Shown here in pieces: positions 33,296-42,843 of a stretch of 64,000 nt of DNA (positions within the stretch are counted from its first letter, which is position 1; every line of letters begins with the position of its first letter). This DNA comes from Nitrospirota bacterium (lineage in GTDB: Bacteria > Nitrospirota > UBA9217). The stretch lies in the NCBI GenBank assembly GCA_963754875.1, contig CAVWHO010000016.1, positions 128,001 through 192,000 of the forward strand, read 5' to 3'. The notes under the pieces are model-generated. The model saw only the letters and a program-made list of their open reading frames with translations. It was not told the origin of the DNA and searched no databases. Position numbers and translations under genes: made by a program.

Positions 33296-34282
33296 ATGAT
33301 GAAACAGAAAGTAACGTTCCTGTTTGTTGTTTTGTTTTTGCTACTTGCGACGTCAAGTTTTGCGAATGATTATGGTGTATATGTAAAGGTTATCGAGGGA
33401 GCACCTGGAAGCTATGCAGATGTAAGCTCGAAAATCGAAACAGCCTTAAAAAGTTCCGGGTGGAATATTCTTGCAATGTATGACACCGGTGTACCTGATT
33501 ATTGTCCCTATAATTCCAGGGTAATAATTTTTACTTCTCCGTCCTATGCAGAATCCATAATTGACCATGGAATACAAGCTGTCTTCGCGATTCCGCTCAA
33601 AGTCGGAATCTACGAGGATAAAGCAGGAGTAAATGTGGTTCTGTTAAACCCTGTATCCATAAATAGAACCATCATCAACAAAAAGAAATTTGAAGTACAA
33701 TCGCTTGCGACGCTCAATTCTATCAGTGAGATCGTATCAAAAGCGGTACCATCAGCCATCATTGTAAATAAGCAACTGGGGGAAATCCGGAAAAGCGGCA
33801 GCGTAGGCGGGATAGGCGGAGGTGACTTCGCAGATAAAATAGTAACTTTGTTTACTTCCCGCGACGATTCAGATACCAACTTCAAAAAGATAGCAAAAAA
33901 AGTTAAGCTTGGCATCCTGCATAATCAGACGGGCTGGAAGCTGATTTACACGCTGGATCTTTCGAGTAATGGTGCAGTGATCTACGGAGTTACTGAAGAA
34001 AGAATGGAAGGCTCTGCATTCGCTATAGCGCGTGCGCAAGGTTCAAAGTTGTATAAACAGGTCGTATTGCATCATAATACGGCCTTTCCAATAGAGGTGG
34101 TTGTTTACAAAGAAGAAGGCAAGGTCAAGGTCGTCACGCTGGATGAAATGTACAGAATGGAACTTTATTTTCAGGATGTCGGTACCTGGCCGTTCATCAT
34201 GTATATAAGAAAGCCAAACCAGATCCAGGAGGACATTGTTGAAATGGCGATCGACGGCCTTATGCAGGGAAACGAGAACTAA
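33296..34282 (+). CDS. Secreted protein, possibly tandem DUF302-like domains
   Basis: Signal peptide; two repeats of ...W.I/L...PL/IxVxI/VYxxxxxVxV. Confidence 0.6.
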   Translation: MMKQKVTFLFVVLFLLLATSSFANDYGVYVKVIEGAPGSYADVSSKIETALKSSGWNILAMYDTGVPDYCPYNSRVIIFTSPSYAESIIDHGIQAVFAIPLKVGIYEDKAGVNVVLLNPVSINRTIINKKKFEVQSLATLNSISEIVSKAVPSAIIVNKQLGEIRKSGSVGGIGGGDFADKIVTLFTSRDDSDTNFKKIAKKVKLGILHNQTGWKLIYTLDLSSNGAVIYGVTEERMEGSAFAIARAQGSKLYKQVVLHHNTAFPIEVVVYKEEGKVKVVTLDEMYRMELYFQDVGTWPFIMYIRKPNQIQEDIVEMAIDGLMQGNEN

Positions 34283-34348
34283 TGCTCTGAGCTTGAGGTT
34301 CCTGACGTCTTACCTTAATGGCAAACAGGCTGTAAGTTGATAAATCAT

Positions 34349-34792
34349 ATGAAAGCGACCGACGAAATCATTTTGGTAGCGCCGTGTGGAGCGCATTGCG
34401 GAGATTGTTGGGCATATAAATTAAAAGACGATCCTTCTTCGTGTGAAAATCTCATTGCCATGAACACCATGAACATATATTGGAGCGGCGCACCCTGCCC
34501 GGGATGTCGGCCTAGCGGAGGGAATTGCCAGTTCATCAATGGTGTATGCGAAACCTATACTTGTATTGAAAAACGAGGGTTGGTTTTTTGCTTTGAGTGT
34601 GTTGAATTCCCCTGCGATAAACTGAACCCGGCGGCAGAGATGGCAGATATCCTCCCGCATAATATTAAAATATTCAACTTGTGCTGCATCAAACAACATG
34701 GTGTAGCAAAATGGCTGCGTAAGGCTGCTGAAATTAATGCCAAATATTTTCACGGAAAAATGAGGATTGGGCGAGGACCGCAGCTTGACTAG
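34349..34792 (+). CDS. DUF3795 Cys-rich protein
   Basis: APCGAHCGDC, CPGCR, C...CFECVEFPC. Confidence 0.85.
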   Translation: MKATDEIILVAPCGAHCGDCWAYKLKDDPSSCENLIAMNTMNIYWSGAPCPGCRPSGGNCQFINGVCETYTCIEKRGLVFCFECVEFPCDKLNPAAEMADILPHNIKIFNLCCIKQHGVAKWLRKAAEINAKYFHGKMRIGRGPQLD

Positions 34793-35123
34793 TTGACCCG
34801 TCGGCGGATTATTATGTCGTTGCAAATAGAATTATTTCGATTCGTAATAATATCAATATTTGCATGCATTACCGGGTGGCAATTTCCATAGGGATGAAAA
34901 CTCTTTAATTCAGTCTTTAAAACAAATAGCCCTGAAAATCCGGATCTTCATCGATAGTTGCTTAAGGGAACCAACGGCACAGGGGAAGAGTCGCCCCACA
35001 TTTAACCAAGAAACGGACTTATGAAGGGAAAATGCATTCATAATGGATGTCAAGTGTATGAGCAGAATGCCAAATGCGTTGCTGGGGCACAATGTGCAGG
35101 GGGGAAGTGCAGGCAATCAATAA

Positions 35124-35750
35124 TTATTTTTGCGCTGGTTCTTTTTCCGGCGTCAACACGATGTTGATTCTTCGATTCTTTGCCCTTCCTGCCTCAGTAT
35201 CGTTTGATGCGATTGGTCTATATGACGAGTAGCCTGTTGCGGCGAGGAGTTTGGGATCGATACCTTTCATCTGCAGATATCGAGCGACTGTTGTCGCGCG
35301 TGACGTTGAAAGCTCCCAGTTCGATGCGAACTTTGCCTTGATCCGTTTGCTTAATTGAACATTGTCTGTGTAGCCTTCGATGCGGATTTGCTTGCCAGTT
35401 GTTTTTTTCAAGATCACCGCGACACGGTCAAGGACCTTTTTCCCCTCCTTCTTTATATCCGCGCTGCCGGACTCAAACATGATCTGCTCAACAAGGTTGA
35501 CCGATAGCTGGTCCTTGAGCTGCGTGATGGTGATCTCGCCTTTTTTAATCTCCTGGCTCATCTCTCCCATGAGATTGTCATAGGTATTCTTTATCTCTTT
35601 GAGGGATCGCTCTTTCCCCTCGATTGTGGCATCTTTTTCCTCAACCAAGGTGGTGACTTGCTTTTTAAGAGAATCAATCTCCTTGTTCTTTCCATGGATG
35701 GTCGCAAAAACGATGATAAGCACCACAGTTGCCAAGATTAATCGCCACAC
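35124..35750 (-). CDS. OmpA/MotB-family peptidoglycan-binding protein with TM anchor and coiled coil
   Basis: FESGSA, IEGYTDN, NWELSTSRA and GRAKNRRI motifs; GTG start after GAGGAGG. Confidence 0.9.
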   Translation of the reverse strand: MWRLILATVVLIIVFATIHGKNKEIDSLKKQVTTLVEEKDATIEGKERSLKEIKNTYDNLMGEMSQEIKKGEITITQLKDQLSVNLVEQIMFESGSADIKKEGKKVLDRVAVILKKTTGKQIRIEGYTDNVQLSKRIKAKFASNWELSTSRATTVARYLQMKGIDPKLLAATGYSSYRPIASNDTEAGRAKNRRINIVLTPEKEPAQK

Positions 35751-35832
35751 TCTGCGAGTCCTCCTCAAAAGACCGATCTACGAATGGTAATTATTTTTAT
35801 ACGGCCCGTCTTATCCGTCAGATACAAAAATA

Positions 35833-35860
35833 GGGTCGATAGCGCAATGTCTATCCACCC
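35833..35860 (-). terminator. Terminator-like hairpin after TM2 copy 2
   Basis: gggtcgatag/ctatccaccc, paralogous to the hairpin at 37794. Confidence 0.6.
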
Positions 35861-35880
35861 CAGTGCTTCACCGATGGGTA

Positions 35881-36141
35881 TTATGCCAGTTTCCAATTTG
35901 TGAGAGGAAGTTCATCGCGGTCCTTGTATTTCCCCGTGGTGACCATAATGAGATCGATGAACCACCACATGCCGAAGCCCCCCATCGTAAACAGCATCAT
36001 GAGGCCGGTGCCGATCTTGCCCGTATAATAACGATGCGCTCCAGCCCAGCCGAAAAGGAAACACAACAGTGCTGCTATCCCACGGCTTTTATCCGATACT
36101 TTAAAATCCTTTTTTACATCCTGTGTCATTTCTTCCGACAT
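35881..36141 (-). CDS. TM2-domain membrane protein (copy 2)
   Basis: KSRGIAALLCFLFGWAGAHRYYTGK...GGFGMWWFID; ends WKLA. Confidence 0.92.
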   Translation of the reverse strand: MSEEMTQDVKKDFKVSDKSRGIAALLCFLFGWAGAHRYYTGKIGTGLMMLFTMGGFGMWWFIDLIMVTTGKYKDRDELPLTNWKLA

Positions 36142-36248
36142 TATTTGATCCTCCGTAATACGCACTGGCAAGTGCCTAGTTTATAGTATTCTACGGCTAT
36201 CGATAGTGCAACAGTCCGCCCTCTTAGCATCGATATCTTCTGTTCATT

Positions 36249-36480
36249 CTACTCCTCGGCAAGGATAGTGCACTTTGCATAGATCCCTAAGATGCTGAGG
36301 ACCTCCTTTTCGACTTTGAGTTTTTTTAATTGCGCTTTTTTCATTGCTGTTCCAATGCTGCCATCGCAGACTGACATGAAACCAAAAAATGATGCTACAC
36401 GCGCAGTTCCTTTCTTTGCCCCTCTCCTTGCTGTACCCGTTGTTACCGCCGTCTTGGAAACAAACGTATGAAGAATGCCC
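36249..36480 (-). pseudogene. 5'-truncated, decayed TRL-like lipoprotein
   Basis: SKTAVTTG...GAKKGTA...FFGF...DGSIGTAMK...LSILGIY..CTILAEE aligns to the 38196 and 44021 copies; no signal peptide, first conserved Cys lost. Confidence 0.8.
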
Positions 36481-36954
36481 TTAAATGAACAGATTGATCT
36501 GCGAATCTGCTGCTGCATCCAACCATGAGGCTGCACCGCCGAACTCGACACCTTTAATGATGTCCGCCTGTTTATATCCCATCACGTCCATCGTCATCTG
36601 GCACGCAATGAGTTTCACACCAGAATCTTTGGCAAGCTCAAGAAGCTGGCCGATCGTGGCTACGCCATGTTTTTTAAACATAGACTTCATCATGGCCGTG
36701 GCCACGGCCTCCATGCCGGGCATCGATGAAATCCACGTCGGTATCGGTACCGGCATCGGCATGGCCGGATTGCCTAGGGGAGAAACCATCAGCTTTTCGG
36801 TGTTGCCCTTCTTAATAATCTCAAGACCGTAAAAAGTGAAGAAGATCGTTGTATCCACATCCATAGTCGAAGCTGTAGTTGCGAGAATCAGCGGAGGATA
36901 TGCCATATCCAGTGATCCCTTGGACGCGATAATTGTCATTTTTTTATTTGCCAT
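36481..36954 (-). CDS. DsrE/DsrF/DsrH-like (DsrE2-type) sulfurtransferase
   Basis: KGSLDMAYPPLILA, FFTFYGL, LIACQMTMD, INLFI. Confidence 0.9.
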   Translation of the reverse strand: MANKKMTIIASKGSLDMAYPPLILATTASTMDVDTTIFFTFYGLEIIKKGNTEKLMVSPLGNPAMPMPVPIPTWISSMPGMEAVATAMMKSMFKKHGVATIGQLLELAKDSGVKLIACQMTMDVMGYKQADIIKGVEFGGAASWLDAAADSQINLFI

Positions 36955-36955
36955 A

Positions 36956-37204
36956 TTATTCTCCTGCCATCTTTTTGATATAGAAGGTGAACGTCCCGGA
37001 GCCCTCTTACATCTTTACGATTGCATTGCCCGGTCGATTTGCCCAGGATGCCATATCCTTCTTTGATCCCGCATCCGTCGTCTCTACTCTCAGAACCTGA
37101 CATTGAGAAAGCGTTTCCATTTCTTTTTTTGTTTTCAAAATCGGGAGCGGACAACTCATGCCCTTTGCATCGAGTAGCTGGTCAAACTTTGTATCTGCTG
37201 GCAT
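36956..37204 (-). pseudogene. tusA: TusA/SirA sulfur carrier with in-frame TAA
   Basis: LDAKGMSCPLP motif; reading continues past the stop at 37007-37009 as KM*EGSGTFTFYIKK. Confidence 0.8.
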
Positions 37205-37385
37205 ATTGCTATCTCCTATCAATAGCCATGTATTAAGATGGAAACCACTATTTTTTTAAAACACTCAGTAGTAAGACACTTACTTTCGATAAAATGGGAA
37301 GCACGATGCCTGGAAAATTAGAGGATACAAGATCATTGAACTATTTTTTCAACTTGTCGCCTTCTCAGCTATCCTCCGTGCCTCC

Positions 37386-37658
37386 TCAAAAACGCCCGGT
37401 GATGGCCGGAGCGATTGAAATGGTGTCGCCGTTTTTGAGTGTGGTGTCTTCCTTGTTTAAAAATAGAATGCCTTCATTATTTAAGTAAATATTAATGAAA
37501 TAACGTACTTTCCCGTTATCGGATAGCCGCTCCTTCATCCTCGGGTAACTCTCCTCAAGCGTCTTAAGACCAGCAATGTTCTTCACCATGCATTCGACCT
37601 CTACGTTCCCGTTAGTCAACTTCTGTAGCGGTGTTGGTATTCTCACTTTTATAGACAG
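37386..37658 (-). pseudogene. MoaD/ThiS/CysO ubiquitin-like sulfur carrier, degenerate
   Basis: IKVRIPTPL...FINIYLN...GDTISIAPAI; CTG at the start position; C-terminal Gly-Gly replaced by TGRF. Confidence 0.75.
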
Positions 37659-37793
37659 GTTGCTATCCTCCGAATAGTGGGATATCGCACCTCGCAGCTG
37701 TCATACAAATATTTGCTGTCCGATCTCTTGATCTCCGCGCATGTATTTCTCTTTCGTGGTCTCAAACGGTTGGTTGCACGATAAATAAAAAGA

Positions 37794-37819
37794 GGTGGAT
37801 AGACTTACGCCTATCCACC
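37794..37819 (-). terminator. Rho-independent terminator after TM2 copy 3
   Basis: ggtggatag-N8-ctatccacc, followed by a T-rich tract on the minus strand. Confidence 0.7.
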
Positions 37820-37840
37820 CGGTAGGCCAGTGCTCCCGTT

Positions 37841-38113
37841 TTAAGCCAGCTTCCATTCAGCGATCACAGAATTGTTATTGTCCTTAAATTTCCCTATCAG
37901 GAGCATGACGAAATCATAGAACCACACCAATCCAAATCCACCCATCGTGAACAGCATGATGAGACCCATTTTCGTCTGCTTGGCATAGAAACGGTGTGCA
38001 CCTGCCCACCCAAAAAACATACACAATGCCAAAGCAATTGAACGACTCTTGCTGGAAACCTGCACTTCTTTTGCTGACTTTTCTTCCGCAACTTCCTTAT
38101 TTTCTTCTGACAT
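37841..38113 (-). CDS. TM2-domain membrane protein (copy 3)
   Basis: KSRSIALALCMFFGWAGAHRFYA...GGFGLVWFYD; ends WKLA. Confidence 0.92.
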   Translation of the reverse strand: MSEENKEVAEEKSAKEVQVSSKSRSIALALCMFFGWAGAHRFYAKQTKMGLIMLFTMGGFGLVWFYDFVMLLIGKFKDNNNSVIAEWKLA

Positions 38114-38195
38114 TTCACGTCTCCTTATCGTTTGGTTTGATCTTTATACATAAAACTACTCTTAATCTGGTACCTAAGCCCTTATGTTTAGGCAA

Positions 38196-38516
38196 CTACT
38201 CTCCTGCAACAATGGTGCACTGTTTTGTGTAGATGCCGAAGATGCTGAGATTGTCTTTGTCCACACTGAATATTTCCTTAATTCCGCCGTTCTTCATTGC
38301 GGCTCCAATGCTGCCATCTCCGATTGACGTAAATCCAAAAAGGCCTTTTATACATGCGGTTCCCTTCTTTGCCCCTGTCTTTGCCGGGCCCGTTGATACT
38401 GCTGTCTTCGACGCCGTATATCCCCAGCCAAAAGGTCCGTCCGCGACAAAACCGCACCCAGTGATTCCCACTGCCAATAACGCCAGAACTGCTACCGCAA
38501 CTAGTGTCCTCTTCAT
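38196..38516 (-). CDS. TRL-like family lipoprotein
   Basis: Lipobox ITGC; KKGTAC...FG...GDGSI.AAMKNGGI..I.SVD...IFGIY.KQCTIV.GE. Confidence 0.9.
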   Translation of the reverse strand: MKRTLVAVAVLALLAVGITGCGFVADGPFGWGYTASKTAVSTGPAKTGAKKGTACIKGLFGFTSIGDGSIGAAMKNGGIKEIFSVDKDNLSIFGIYTKQCTIVAGE

Positions 38517-38610
38517 TCCTGCTACCTCCCTTTGATTGAAATAATTGGATTATTGAAAATCCTTTGTACAAGCTTGAAACCGATGCTACACCAGATGCCG
38601 TACTGTTGTC

Positions 38611-38626
38611 TGTGCCTTTTGATACA
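38611..38626 (-). promoter_or_regulatory. Variant box TGTGCC-N4-GATACA upstream of the TRL-TM2 unit
   Basis: tgtgccttttgataca with the same GTC flank; -10 TAGCAT at 38588-38583 (23-nt spacer). Confidence 0.6.
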
Positions 38627-38652
38627 TGCGGCACTGAATTCTTAGTAGAACC

Positions 38653-38892
38653 TTACATCCAGTTAGAAATTTCGTTGTTGTCTTTGTCTAATAATTGGCC
38701 TGAGGCGGTTAAGATGCAATCAATGAACCACCAGAGGCCAAAACCGCCTAAGGTAAACAGCATGATGAGGCCAGTGCCCGTCTTTCGCGCATAAAAACGA
38801 TGCGCGCCCGCCCATCCCAGAAAAAAACACAACAGTGTGGCGATCATGCGGCTCCTCTGAGATGCTTGAACGATATTCTTTTTCTCGGCCAT
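38653..38892 (-). CDS. TM2-domain membrane protein (copy 4)
   Basis: RSRMIATLLCFFLGWAGAHRFYARKTGT...GGFGLWWFID; GAGGAGG RBS. Confidence 0.92.
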   Translation of the reverse strand: MAEKKNIVQASQRSRMIATLLCFFLGWAGAHRFYARKTGTGLIMLFTLGGFGLWWFIDCILTASGQLLDKDNNEISNWM

Positions 38893-38998
38893 GTTGCCTC
38901 CTCTATTTATACAAATTGTTTCTGAACAACGTTGATTGATTGAATACCAATAATCTCGATCATCGCTGATAGAAATATCACTTCTATGATGAATAGTC

Positions 38999-39014
38999 GG
39001 TATCCGACGATACA
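38999..39014 (-). promoter_or_regulatory. Box GGTATC-N4-GATACA upstream of TM2 copy 4
   Basis: gtc-ggtatccgacgataca; GTA-N8-TAC intact, but the -10 match is only partial (TATTTC). Confidence 0.6.
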
Positions 39015-39316
39015 TGTTTCTAATATTTTTTGGCTTATTTTGGACGGTACTTATGATCTGTCCGCGGTCTGTTAGACGGCTCTCGGAAAAACCGGGCTGA
39101 GCCATAAGAAACATCATCCGGAGAGATTAAAGGCGAGGCTGCTCATGACATCGAGCAGAGCGGTCGTAGTCGATCAGTTCCATGATTGTCGGTCTTTCAC
39201 CACACAGTGGGCATTCATGATTGCTGACGCCTTTATGGTACGATGCCCCTGTTCAACGCGTACCAAAATTAGGTTTCCTTTAAGTACAAAATTAAACTGC
39301 TTAGTCAGAATTAGTT

Positions 39317-40480
39317 TTATTTGCAGCTGTCGCTCAGAAAGCAGAATCTTCCAATACTGTGCTGCCAAAGCGGAGCCACGTTATTCTCCCACCAGTTTGC
39401 CCCGTTTTTTTTCTGTGAAGCCTCAACAAGCATGGTTATTTCGGTCTGATCGGTTAAAGCTTCTATTTTAAACTTATCCCTTACTTTATTGCTGGAATGG
39501 CCTAACGTTATCTTTGAGCCGACTGATACGACTTCCCCGTCGTCATATATAATTGTACAATTTGGCTCAGAGGAAGATACGGTATAGTTAACATATTCAC
39601 CCTCGGGAAAAGAAATCCAGTGAGGTGTTTGCTCGTTGGCCTGAAGCTGAAAAGAGTACTCCCCGGGCTGATAGATAATTTCGCCGGGCATATCGGATTC
39701 CACTGCAGCTTCACCGAGGTATTTTATTGCCAGAGCCCTGTTCTCGTTGGTTGCATTTTCATGACCGACTTTTCTGCCCAATTTTTTGGCTTCCTCAAGA
39801 TGATATCTGCCGAGCGTCTGCTTATTTTCTTCGTACTCTCTGGAATATTTTGCGTTGTTGAACCGGACGGCCTTTTCGAGCATGTCAACCCGTTCTTCGC
39901 TGGTTGATGCCGCTTGGCTCAGTGAATAATAATAGCCAGATATGGCCGGGTTAAGCTCAAGATCGATTTTGCCGGCCATATACAACAACAGGTCGGAAGA
40001 TGCCTTTGTATTACTGGCTTGCTTTCCTCTCCGGAGCAGGCTTGCGGCAACCTTTTTAGACAGGATGGGATCATAAAGAAAGGCTTCCCGGTAAAGCTCC
40101 TCCGCTTTTTGCAAATCGCCGGCATTGAGTTTCGCATAGGCTCGTTGTGCGTAAAGGATTGCAATCCTTTTCCCGTACTTAGTCTTAACTACACCAGCGC
40201 TGAACCGATCCTTGGCGCATCGCAAGTTGCCCTGGTTCAAGCAAAATTTCCCTTTTAGGAAGTGAAGTTTTGCATCTGTCGGATTTTGGATTATCAGTCG
40301 GTCAAAGCAGTCGCTTGCCTTGTCCGGCAGATTGAATTTCAGATAGTTTTCCGCATCAACCGAGGACTTACATTTGAGCGCGCTCGCGGCAGATACGGTC
40401 GCTGAGGATAGCAATGCCGCAAGAAGGAGTGTGATTATTTTTTTCAACAGAGACCTCATATTATACTGAAAATGACCCAT
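39317..40480 (-). CDS. Secreted TPR-repeat protein
   Basis: Signal peptide; TPR-like helices (NPTDAKLHFLKG, AEELYREAFLYDP). Confidence 0.75.
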   Translation of the reverse strand: MGHFQYNMRSLLKKIITLLLAALLSSATVSAASALKCKSSVDAENYLKFNLPDKASDCFDRLIIQNPTDAKLHFLKGKFCLNQGNLRCAKDRFSAGVVKTKYGKRIAILYAQRAYAKLNAGDLQKAEELYREAFLYDPILSKKVAASLLRRGKQASNTKASSDLLLYMAGKIDLELNPAISGYYYSLSQAASTSEERVDMLEKAVRFNNAKYSREYEENKQTLGRYHLEEAKKLGRKVGHENATNENRALAIKYLGEAAVESDMPGEIIYQPGEYSFQLQANEQTPHWISFPEGEYVNYTVSSSEPNCTIIYDDGEVVSVGSKITLGHSSNKVRDKFKIEALTDQTEITMLVEASQKKNGANWWENNVAPLWQHSIGRFCFLSDSCK

Positions 40481-40557
40481 GTTTACCCCTGAATTACGTT
40501 ATACGGCTGAGTTGAGATCCGCAGATTTTCGTTTGAAAAAGCTTTAGATTGGATCAG

Positions 40558-41232
40558 TTATTCATATCCAGCAGAATATTTTATTTGATCCAGCAATTTT
40601 ACTTCGTCGATTAGTTTGATCTGCTCGCTCGTCGTTTGGATTAAGCCATCTTTTCTCAATTTAGAAAAACACCTTGACACGGACACCCTTGTTGAACCTG
40701 TTAAATCCGCTATCTCCTGATGGGTCAACGGTATTTTGACAATTTTATTGTCTGCATATTTCAGCAACAGGGCTATTACTCTTGCGGGAATTTCCATGAA
40801 TGCCATGTCTTGAAGCAGATTTTCCATCGCTAGCCGTCTGTCCCCGATGAGTTTGATCAGTGTAAGGGCAAAATCGGGTCTTTTCTGCATAAAACCTTCG
40901 AAATGGACTTTGTCTATCTCGCAGCAGACAGAGTCCATCATGGCTTCTGCAAAGGATCTCCGCTCTTTTTCACCGGCGAGGCACAATTCTCCGAAAAATT
41001 GACCTGGTTCAATCAGGTCAATGGTAAGTTTCCTTCCATCCGTATTGACTCTTGATATTTTGATTATTCCTTGTTGCAGAATATATATAGCGTCTGAGGG
41101 ATCGCCCTGCATGAATACGGCATCTCCCTTAGCAATCTTCAAATGCCTGGAGAATTGCGACAGGCTTTCAATTTCTTGCTTCGACAAGTCAGAAAAGAGC
41201 GTGGCGCCATGAAGACATTGTTCTTTGAACAT
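40558..41232 (-). CDS. Crp/Fnr-family regulator (paralogue 1)
   Basis: FMQGD, G.IKI, FFGELCL; HTH LTHQEIADLTGSTRVSVSR. Confidence 0.95.
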   Translation of the reverse strand: MFKEQCLHGATLFSDLSKQEIESLSQFSRHLKIAKGDAVFMQGDPSDAIYILQQGIIKISRVNTDGRKLTIDLIEPGQFFGELCLAGEKERRSFAEAMMDSVCCEIDKVHFEGFMQKRPDFALTLIKLIGDRRLAMENLLQDMAFMEIPARVIALLLKYADNKIVKIPLTHQEIADLTGSTRVSVSRCFSKLRKDGLIQTTSEQIKLIDEVKLLDQIKYSAGYE

Positions 41233-41292
41233 AGCACATCTCGATCTTTTTGCATTCAGCCGCGTTGAAAGCCGATACCCCTTGAATATTCT

Positions 41293-41691
41293 TTATTCAT
41301 TTGGCCTAATGTCTCCGCCATCAAGCATCATTACAAGTCTGTAAGGAATAAAAGGTTTTTGGAGGAAGTCATTCGCACCAGCGCACAAGAATTCCATGCC
41401 TTTATCCTCTTCGCTCAGGACTATTATGATGGCTGCGGGGCATAGCTCGCCGAGCTGTTCTATGAGTTCAAAACCATTTATATCGGGCATATTATGATCT
41501 AGGATAATGTAATCGACATCATCAGTTGCTAATAATAACGGCGCATCTTTACTAAGTTCAGGGAATGATATATCAATGCCGTGTGCGTCCAAAGCATAAT
41601 TCAGAATGTCTTTGAGATCTCTATCGTACGAGAACATCATTACTCTCTGCTTGTATCGTGACGATCCTTTTTTTCGCAATGTAAAGCTCAA
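41293..41691 (-). CDS. Single-domain response regulator
   Basis: IILDHNMPDINGFELI...GANDFLQKPF; the N-terminal acidic pocket is divergent. Confidence 0.85.
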   Translation of the reverse strand: MSFTLRKKGSSRYKQRVMMFSYDRDLKDILNYALDAHGIDISFPELSKDAPLLLATDDVDYIILDHNMPDINGFELIEQLGELCPAAIIIVLSEEDKGMEFLCAGANDFLQKPFIPYRLVMMLDGGDIRPNE

Positions 41692-41796
41692 TTGTATATC
41701 CTACATTGCATTATAAGCATCCTTGGGGGTTGTATCGATTGGCTTTAGCGCGGGTTAATTTACTTTTTTCGGTTAGTTTATTAATACATGTCCATC

Positions 41797-41839
41797 GAAT
41801 CAGCAAGGGAATCGCTTTCGCAGAATCCCTTGCTGATTC
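41797..41839 (-). terminator. Strong hairpin closing the TRL-propeller gene run
   Basis: gaatcagcaaggga...tcccttgctgattc, 14-bp stem. Confidence 0.7.
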
Positions 41840-41848
41840 GTACCTGGA

Positions 41849-42139
41849 CTAACAACCGACTGCGGCTTTGCGTTTTTCAGCTGCAGGTTTTACCTGCTTG
41901 AGCGTATCGTTTTCCACCGAGACTTCAACCTTTTCTCCAGCTTTTATATTGCTCATGTTGGCGTGCTTATCAACCTTGAGTGTGACATCTTCTGTGCTAC
42001 CCTCAGGACAGAAAACTACAGTTCCGGCTTTTGTGTCAATACTCTTGACAGTGCCGACCTTTGATTCTGCTGCGAAAACCAGCGACGAAATAAGAGCTAC
42101 CGAAGCAATTACGGCCAAGACCCATACGAACTTCTTCAT
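41849..42139 (-). CDS. Small secreted OB-fold-like protein ending in Gly-Cys
   Basis: Signal peptide; GTVKSID...IKAGEKVEV; basic tail KRKAAVGC-COOH. Confidence 0.8.
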   Translation of the reverse strand: MKKFVWVLAVIASVALISSLVFAAESKVGTVKSIDTKAGTVVFCPEGSTEDVTLKVDKHANMSNIKAGEKVEVSVENDTLKQVKPAAEKRKAAVGC

Positions 42140-42417
42140 CCGATTGAACCTCCTCATGTGAATTTGACTGCAAAATATTATAGTTATTTTTTGATCTTTG
42201 ATTTTTTACGAGGCGCTACGTAGAAACGATGTTTTGAACGAACGCTTTCTGAACCAGTTAACATTGCAATGCCTTGGATCTCCCAAAGTGCCGTTGCATA
42301 AGCGGTCGACTTTATGCACCATATCGTAATGCACCATCGCGCTTGCCTAATATCGTCTTACCGCATCACCTCCAAGTGTGCGGTTATATTGGTCGTTTCC
42401 TCTATCCGCCACGGGTT

Positions 42418-42729
42418 TTACGGTGAATTGGAGCCCGAGGATATCCTCTGCACGATGACAAAATCGTGTGTCTTCTCAATTTTGACTTTTTCGCCTCTCT
42501 CAAGCTTAGTTCCTGGCGCAGCTTTGCACTCAATCGCAGACGCCGTCTCGCAGCTGACCGTAATTATCTGCCCATCCTGATTTTCAGCTGCGATAAAGAG
42601 GGCGGCAATTTTCCCGTTCTTCATCGCGACATCATAAATCCTGCCAACAACGACATCTGCCCCCATGGCAGGAAACGTATAGGTAGCAACAAATGCTGCG
42701 ACGATAGCCACGACAGTTTTATTTTTCAT
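42418..42729 (-). CDS. Small secreted hypothetical protein
   Basis: Signal peptide, two Cys, GEKVKI beta-rich pattern. Confidence 0.65.
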   Translation of the reverse strand: MKNKTVVAIVAAFVATYTFPAMGADVVVGRIYDVAMKNGKIAALFIAAENQDGQIITVSCETASAIECKAAPGTKLERGEKVKIEKTHDFVIVQRISSGSNSP

Positions 42730-42843
42730 CGTAGTCGCTCTTTCCTTATTCACGCTTTCGGCTTAAGAAATAAAGAAACGGCCGGAGGAGCAGGGGAGAG
42801 AGTTGGACCTCCGGCCGGAGGAACATATTTCAGACTCGATACA

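Noticed and set aside
37007..37009. Stop-codon recoding in tusA
   Set aside because: The codon is TAA at a non-catalytic position (likely GAA), not UGA/UAG at a Cys or Lys site.
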